From the NCBI GenBank assembly GCA_903928565.1, contig CAIYRH010000007.1, forward strand, positions 14,139 to 78,138: a DNA stretch of 64,000 nucleotides, read 5' to 3'. Below the pieces are notes generated by a model. That model ran no database searches. It was not told the DNA's origin and saw only the letters and a list, made by a program, of their open reading frames with translations. Shown piece after piece: positions 60,265 to 64,000 of this stretch (its first letter is position 1; every line of letters starts with the position of its first letter). This DNA is from Candidatus Staskawiczbacteria bacterium (lineage in GTDB: Bacteria > Patescibacteriota > Minisyncoccia > Minisyncoccales > Staskawiczbacteraceae). A program made the translations under genes and the position numbers.

Positions 60265-60347
60265 ACCGCTTAAGCGGTACCGCTTAAGCGGTGGGGGTAC
60301 CGCTTAAGCGCTTTTGGTGACCGCTTAAGCGGTATCGCTTAAGCGGT
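60265..60347. repeat. Upstream array of five 14-bp palindromes (consensus ACCGCTTAAGCGGT)
   Basis: Copies start at 60265, 60279, 60299, 60320 and 60334. Layout: pair, 6 nt, single, 7 nt, pair. Located between the predicted promoter and the start codon of the 233-aa gene. Confidence 0.85.
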
Positions 60348-60359
60348 TGTTATTAACTA

Positions 60360-60388
60360 ATTCTATCAATGCCAGCAACCCCTGTCAA
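60360..60388 (-). promoter_or_regulatory. Sigma70-type promoter of the 233-aa gene (TTGACA-17-TAGAAT)
   Basis: Minus strand reads ggTTGACAggggttgctggcattgaTAGAATtag. Divergent from the HTH-gene promoter (extended -10 TGATATAAT at 60428-60436). Confidence 0.5.
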
Positions 60389-60440
60389 CCATTATCTGTA
60401 TCCCCTTGACCACTCTCTATGACAATATGATATAATAAAC

Positions 60441-60465
60441 TCAGGTTAACATTATGTTAACCTGA
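60441..60465. repeat. 25-nt palindrome tcaggttaacat-t-atgttaacctga in the leader of the HTH gene
   Basis: Perfect 12-bp arms. A near-identical palindrome lies after the gene. Confidence 0.8.
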
Positions 60466-60472
60466 AAATATA

Positions 60473-60685
60473 ATGAGCAAAATATATATAGAAAGTAAAA
60501 TACAAATAGAGAAAAATTTTTATACGATAATTGAATTGGCAAAAATATTGAAGATTAGCAGAATATCTGTTTTCAAAAGAGTGAGGCAGGGCTCGATTGT
60601 GGGTCAAAAGCTTGGCCGTAATTTTGTTATTATGAAAAAAGATATCGATTTAAAGAAGTTAATGGAAATAGTAAAACATAATTAG
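60473..60685 (+). CDS. Excisionase-family helix-turn-helix DNA-binding protein
   Basis: YTIIELAKILKISRISVFKRVRQGSIVGQKLGRNFVI fits the excisionase/MerR-like HTH pattern. 70 aa. Confidence 0.65.
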   Translation: MSKIYIESKIQIEKNFYTIIELAKILKISRISVFKRVRQGSIVGQKLGRNFVIMKKDIDLKKLMEIVKHN

Positions 60686-60694
60686 CCGGCGCAG

Positions 60695-60721
60695 CCCAGG
60701 TTAACATAATGTTAACCTGGG
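60695..60721. repeat. 27-nt palindrome cccaggttaacat-a-atgttaacctggg after the HTH gene
   Basis: Perfect 13-bp arms sharing the caggttaacat core with 60441-60465. Confidence 0.8.
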
Positions 60722-60750
60722 GTCGAGACTAGGTAAATGAATTTAATTTT

Positions 60751-61359
60751 ATGGAAAGAAAAATAAACACTTTTATATTTGATTGCTTTGGCGTTGTATG
60801 TGACTCTGTGTTGAGCAATTGGTATAAAGACAAAATAGTTAAGCGCGGGCTGAAAGACGAAAATTTAAAAAACGTTTTTGAACAGTTTGATTTGGGGAAA
60901 TTAACAGAAGAAGACATTATTACTTATTTTTTAAAATATGAGGGAATCAATTCAACTAGGGAAGAGCTTCGAGAAGAAATAGACAGCTATTTAAAATTAG
61001 ATGAAGTCTTAGCAGACGCAATTATGAAATTAAAGGAAAAAGGCTTTAAAACAGTGCTTTTATCTAATGCGAATGCCGCATTTTTTCATAGGAAAATTTA
61101 TACAACTTACCCCTAATTTAAAAGTCTTTTTAATAATATTATTATTTCCTCTGAAGTTGGAATGACAAAGCCAGGAAAAGGCATATATGTGCATGCACTT
61201 GATAAAGTTGGTTCGACGCCGGAGGAATCTTTATTTATTGATGACAGCCAAGCAAATGTTGACGGCGCAGTAGCAGTCGGCATGGTGGGGTTTCTGTATA
61301 CCGATGTTGCATCTTTTTTAAATTATTTAAAAACTTTAGGAATTAATTTAGATAATTAA
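60751..61359 (+). pseudogene. HAD-superfamily hydrolase interrupted by a single in-frame TAA
   Basis: ORFs 60751-61116 and 61162-61359 are in the same frame. Across the stop the sequence reads ...IYTTYP*FKSLFNNIIISSEVGMTKPGKGIY, a continuous HAD motif II/III region. TAA at 61114-61116. Confidence 0.6.
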
Positions 61360-61364
61360 TTTTT

Positions 61365-61754
61365 ATGGCGGAGCATAATTATGTGGGAAAAGTTGGGGAG
61401 GAGCTGGCTAAAAAATATTTGGAGGGGGAGGGGTATAAAATTTTAGAACAAAATTACCGGACAAAATATGCCGAGATTGATTTGGTGTGCGAGTCCGCCC
61501 AAGGCGGATTGCTCTTTGGTAAAAAAGCTAAGACACTTGTGTTTGTGGAGGTGCGCACAAAAGTTGGTGAAAATTTTGGAAGCCCCGAAGATACAATAAA
61601 TAAAGCGAAGTTGTGGAAAGTTTTGCAAAATGCAAAAAGCTATACTGGGTTTAAGAGGTGGGATGGGCCTTGTAGGATTGATGCAATATGCATTGTTTTA
61701 AGAGGCGACTATTCTGTTGTACGTCTAACGCATCACGAAAATATTGTCACGTAG
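61365..61754 (+). CDS. yraN: YraN-family (UPF0102) endonuclease-like protein
   Basis: GEELAKKYLEGEGYKILEQNYRTKYAEIDLVCE...LVFVEVRTK. Confidence 0.75.
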   Translation: MAEHNYVGKVGEELAKKYLEGEGYKILEQNYRTKYAEIDLVCESAQGGLLFGKKAKTLVFVEVRTKVGENFGSPEDTINKAKLWKVLQNAKSYTGFKRWDGPCRIDAICIVLRGDYSVVRLTHHENIVT

Positions 61755-61764
61755 TTATAACTGC

Positions 61765-61793
61765 TTGACACGGGTTCTTATAAATGAGACAAT
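61765..61793 (+). promoter_or_regulatory. Candidate promoter (TTGACA-17-GACAAT); near-duplicate of the nusA promoter
   Basis: ttgacacgggttcttata (61765-) versus ttgacagcgggtttttat (62038-). Confidence 0.35.
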
Positions 61794-61799
61794 GAAGGT

Positions 61800-62017
61800 G
61801 AGGCGGGACACAGTGATGCAGGGTGCATCGTGATGCAAATGCATCAACCGTTCCAATTGGAACAACCCCACCTCAACCGCACCTTCCCAAACTGCTTTCC
61901 GCTTCCCCTTAGGCAACATCGTTGCCACCCCACACCCACCACCATTCTTCACCCACTCACTCAATCAAACCCACCCAAAACATTCTTCTCCCATGCGTCT
62001 CTCACCAGACGCTTTTT
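61800..62017 (+). ncRNA. Candidate noncoding transcript with a 70-nt G-free, C-rich tract
   Basis: Promoter at 61765-61793. Small hairpins (gatgcaaatgcatc, gttccaattggaac). No G between 61925 and 61994 (ccaccccacacccaccacc...cccacccaaaa). Intrinsic terminator gcgtct-ctcacc-agacgc-ttttt at 61995-62017. Only implausible low-complexity ORFs. Confidence 0.35.
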
Positions 62018-62037
62018 CCCTATATGGCCCCGCAATA

Positions 62038-62066
62038 TTGACAGCGGGTTTTTATTTTGCTAAGAT
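62038..62066 (+). promoter_or_regulatory. nusA promoter (TTGACA-17-TAAGAT)
   Basis: ttgaca gcgggtttttattttgc taagat. Confidence 0.45.
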
Positions 62067-62140
62067 AATATAAAGATAAGAAAGATATTTTGTCCGTCTG
62101 ACCACGGGCTTTTATTTTTAAAAAAATTAAAAACAAAAAC

Positions 62141-63508
62141 ATGGATATAAAATCATTCAAAGGAGCTTTGGCTCAAATTGCAGAAGAAAGAGGAATTTCA
62201 CCAGAAAGAGTAATAGAAACAATTGAAGCTGCAATTGCAACAGCTTACAAAAAAGACTATGGCCAAAAAGGACAAAAAATTAAGGCCAAATTTAACCCTT
62301 CATCCGGGGATGTTAAGTTTTGGCAAATAAAATTGGTGGTGGACAATGATATGCTTTACACCGATGAAGAACTTGAAGAAATGCAAGAAAGAAAAGAAAT
62401 TCCTCAAGATGAAGCGCGAGCTGGCGAAGAGCCACCAAAAAAATATGTATTCAACCCCGAAAAACATATAATGATTGACGAGGCCAAAAAAGATTATCCT
62501 AAAATAAAAGTTGGAGAAGAAATTGAAATTGCTTTGGTTTCTAAACAAGATTACGGAAGAATTGCTGCTCAAACAGCAAAGCAAGTTATTTTGCAAAAAA
62601 TTAGAGAAGCCGAAAAAGAAACTGTTTCTGCAGAATATAGAAGTAAAGAAGGAGAAATTATTTCTGGAATTGTGCAGCGCATTGAAGGCCACACAATTTA
62701 CATTGATATTGGAAAAACCTTGGGAATTTTAAATAGAGAAGAGCAAATTCCCGGAGAATTTTACAGACCTGGGCAACGCCTAAAACTTTACATTTCAAAA
62801 GTGGAAGAAACGCCAAAAGGTAGCGTGGTGATACTTTCAAGGGCATACCCAAAATTAGTTTCAAGACTGTTTGAATTAGAAGTGCCCGAGGTTGCTGCCG
62901 GCACAGTTGTAATAAAAGCAATTGCGCGTGAGCCTGGTTTTAGAACAAAAATTGCAGTGGAATCTAATGAAGAGGGTGTTGACCCAATTGGAGCTTGCGT
63001 TGGACAGCGTGGAACCAGAATTATGGCGGTAATAAATGAATTGGGTGGAGAAAAAATTGACGTTATAACTTTTGATGAAAAACCTGAAAAATTTATTGCT
63101 AACAGTTTGTCACCCGCAAAAATTATTGGTGTGAAAGTTGAAGATAAAAATACGGCAACTGTTTTTGTGCCAGAAGACCAGCTTTCTTTGGCAATTGGAA
63201 AAGATGGCAGAAATGTAAGGTTGGCTGCACAATTAACTGGCTGGAAAATAGATATTAAGCCAACAGAAGTTGAGCCAGAACCCGCCGACGCCGAAGGCTC
63301 CGGCGAGGCGAAGGAAGAAGGGGCCGAAGTCGAAGGAAAAAAGGCAAAGAAAACAAAGAAACCCGCCACCGCAAAAGCTAAGAAGGCTAAAAAAGTTGTT
63401 GAGGATGAAGAAGCCGAAAATGATGAAGCCGATGTTGAAAATGCCGATGAAGTTGACGCAGCCGATGAAGAAAAACCCGAGCCAGTTGAAGGAGTTACAG
63501 AAGAATAA
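62141..63508 (+). CDS. nusA: Transcription termination/antitermination factor NusA with a charged C-terminal tail
   Basis: NusA N-domain, S1 (GEIISGIVQRIEGHTIYIDIG), and two KH domains (GACVGQRGTRI, LAIGKDGRNVRLAAQLTGWKIDI). Lys/Glu/Asp-rich tail. Confidence 0.9.
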   Translation: MDIKSFKGALAQIAEERGISPERVIETIEAAIATAYKKDYGQKGQKIKAKFNPSSGDVKFWQIKLVVDNDMLYTDEELEEMQERKEIPQDEARAGEEPPKKYVFNPEKHIMIDEAKKDYPKIKVGEEIEIALVSKQDYGRIAAQTAKQVILQKIREAEKETVSAEYRSKEGEIISGIVQRIEGHTIYIDIGKTLGILNREEQIPGEFYRPGQRLKLYISKVEETPKGSVVILSRAYPKLVSRLFELEVPEVAAGTVVIKAIAREPGFRTKIAVESNEEGVDPIGACVGQRGTRIMAVINELGGEKIDVITFDEKPEKFIANSLSPAKIIGVKVEDKNTATVFVPEDQLSLAIGKDGRNVRLAAQLTGWKIDIKPTEVEPEPADAEGSGEAKEEGAEVEGKKAKKTKKPATAKAKKAKKVVEDEEAENDEADVENADEVDAADEEKPEPVEGVTEE

Positions 63509-63518
63509 ATTTAAAATT

Positions 63519-64000
63519 ATGGGAGAACTTCCAAGACCAGAAGATTTGCCAGCACAGCTCGATGTTTTAAAAGCGGAGCATTTAGCTGAGGGCGTAAAAC
63601 CAATTATGGGTTGCGTTGGAACGCGTGAAGAATTTAAATATGATGTAGACAAGCTTGAAGACTTAGAGCAAATTGGCCATAATGTTGAATGGGCGGCTTC
63701 GCAAGATAAATTAGATAAACAAGACTTTAAGAATGCTGGCAGGGAGACTTATGCTATTTCCACAGTTGACTCTAAACCAAAATTTACAAAAAAATTATAC
63801 AAATGTACGAGTCTTGCAGTTGTGGGCGTTGACGCAACCACCGGCAAAGAAATATCTATTTTAACGCACCAAGACCCACAGAAATTTCTTGGAGAAGACA
63901 GCGAATTATTTAAAGACGATTTGGAAGCACGCGTTGGTGAAATGAAAAAAAGATGTTTGCCTGGCACAATTGATGCAGTTATTGCAGGAGGGCAATATGA
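63519..64000 (+). CDS. Hypothetical protein (5' part; runs off window end)
   Basis: Own translation from ATG 63519: MGELPRPEDLPAQLDVLKAEHLAEGVKPIMGCVGTREEFKYD... is open to the window end. No motif recognised. Confidence 0.35.
   Translation, partial: MGELPRPEDLPAQLDVLKAEHLAEGVKPIMGCVGTREEFKYDVDKLEDLEQIGHNVEWAASQDKLDKQDFKNAGRETYAISTVDSKPKFTKKLYKCTSLAVVGVDATTGKEISILTHQDPQKFLGEDSELFKDDLEARVGEMKKRCLPGTIDAVIAGGQY

Noticed and set aside
57797-60347. The palindrome arrays as a CRISPR array
   Set aside because: The units are only 14 bp, many are directly adjacent or separated by 6-18 nt (no spacer-sized unique segments), and half of them lie inside a CDS. No cas genes are present in the window.
61114-61116. 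Stop-codon reassignment or read-through (alternative genetic code)
   Set aside because: TAA, TAG and TGA all terminate well-defined conserved genes in this window (for example TAA for rpmH, TAG for the M23 peptidase, TGA for mutM). A simple nonsense mutation or base-call error is the economical explanation.
61755-62063. 69-aa (minus) and 77-aa (plus) ORFs in the yraN-nusA spacer
   Set aside because: They are mutually antisense with extremely biased composition (His/Pro/Thr-rich or Gly/Trp-rich), derived from a G-free tract. The region carries its own promoter-like and terminator signals, consistent with a noncoding unit.

Overview
Low-GC bacterial chromosome segment; sampled 60-nt lines are mostly 25-40% GC, and genes are small and tightly packed. 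Several features point to a Patescibacteria/CPR-type genome (inference): a stand-alone 5'-3' exonuclease, a short YidC, DUF5671-like and four-helix-bundle proteins, T4SS-pilin-family proteins, a ComEA-LTD fusion, and many secreted Cys-rich proteins. The genetic code looks standard, since TGA is used as a stop. The window spans the chromosomal origin region: dnaN-dnaA on the minus strand diverge from rpmH-rnpA-yidC-jag on the plus strand, with DnaA boxes between them. Housekeeping genes include mutM, ruvB, ruvC, yebC, PBP1A, pnp, rpsO, nusA, cca, tsaE and an ABC exporter. There are four intact tRNAs, one truncated tRNA, and scattered competence-type genes (PilB/GspE-like ATPase, ComEA-like, dprA, comM). 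Items worth a second look: (1) A 15-kb minus-strand type-IV-secretion-like locus (17.8-33.1 kb) has VirB6-, VirB3/PrgI- and VirB4-like genes but no relaxase or coupling protein. It ends in three genes that fuse a VirB2-type pilin module to large ectodomains, one of them 1460 aa with about 100 cysteines. (2) Three four-helix-bundle gene cassettes are bracketed by inverted repeats made of 7-nt stop-codon-containing units; solo copies occur elsewhere, one inside a frameshifted rsmA. (3) Two single-gene high-GC islands (about 60% GC; an SPFH protein and a BNR propeller) each carry their own promoter and terminator. (4) Thirteen copies of a 14-bp palindrome (ACCGCTTAAGCGGT) lie in, upstream of, and 2.4 kb away from a 233-aa gene, next to a small excisionase-type HTH gene framed by twin palindromes. 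(5) A tRNA 5' half with a 20-bp palindrome in its D-loop abuts a GIY-YIG nuclease gene. (6) Two promoter-plus-terminator-defined noncoding transcription units are present. All calls come from reading the sequence and the ORF track; no database search was run.
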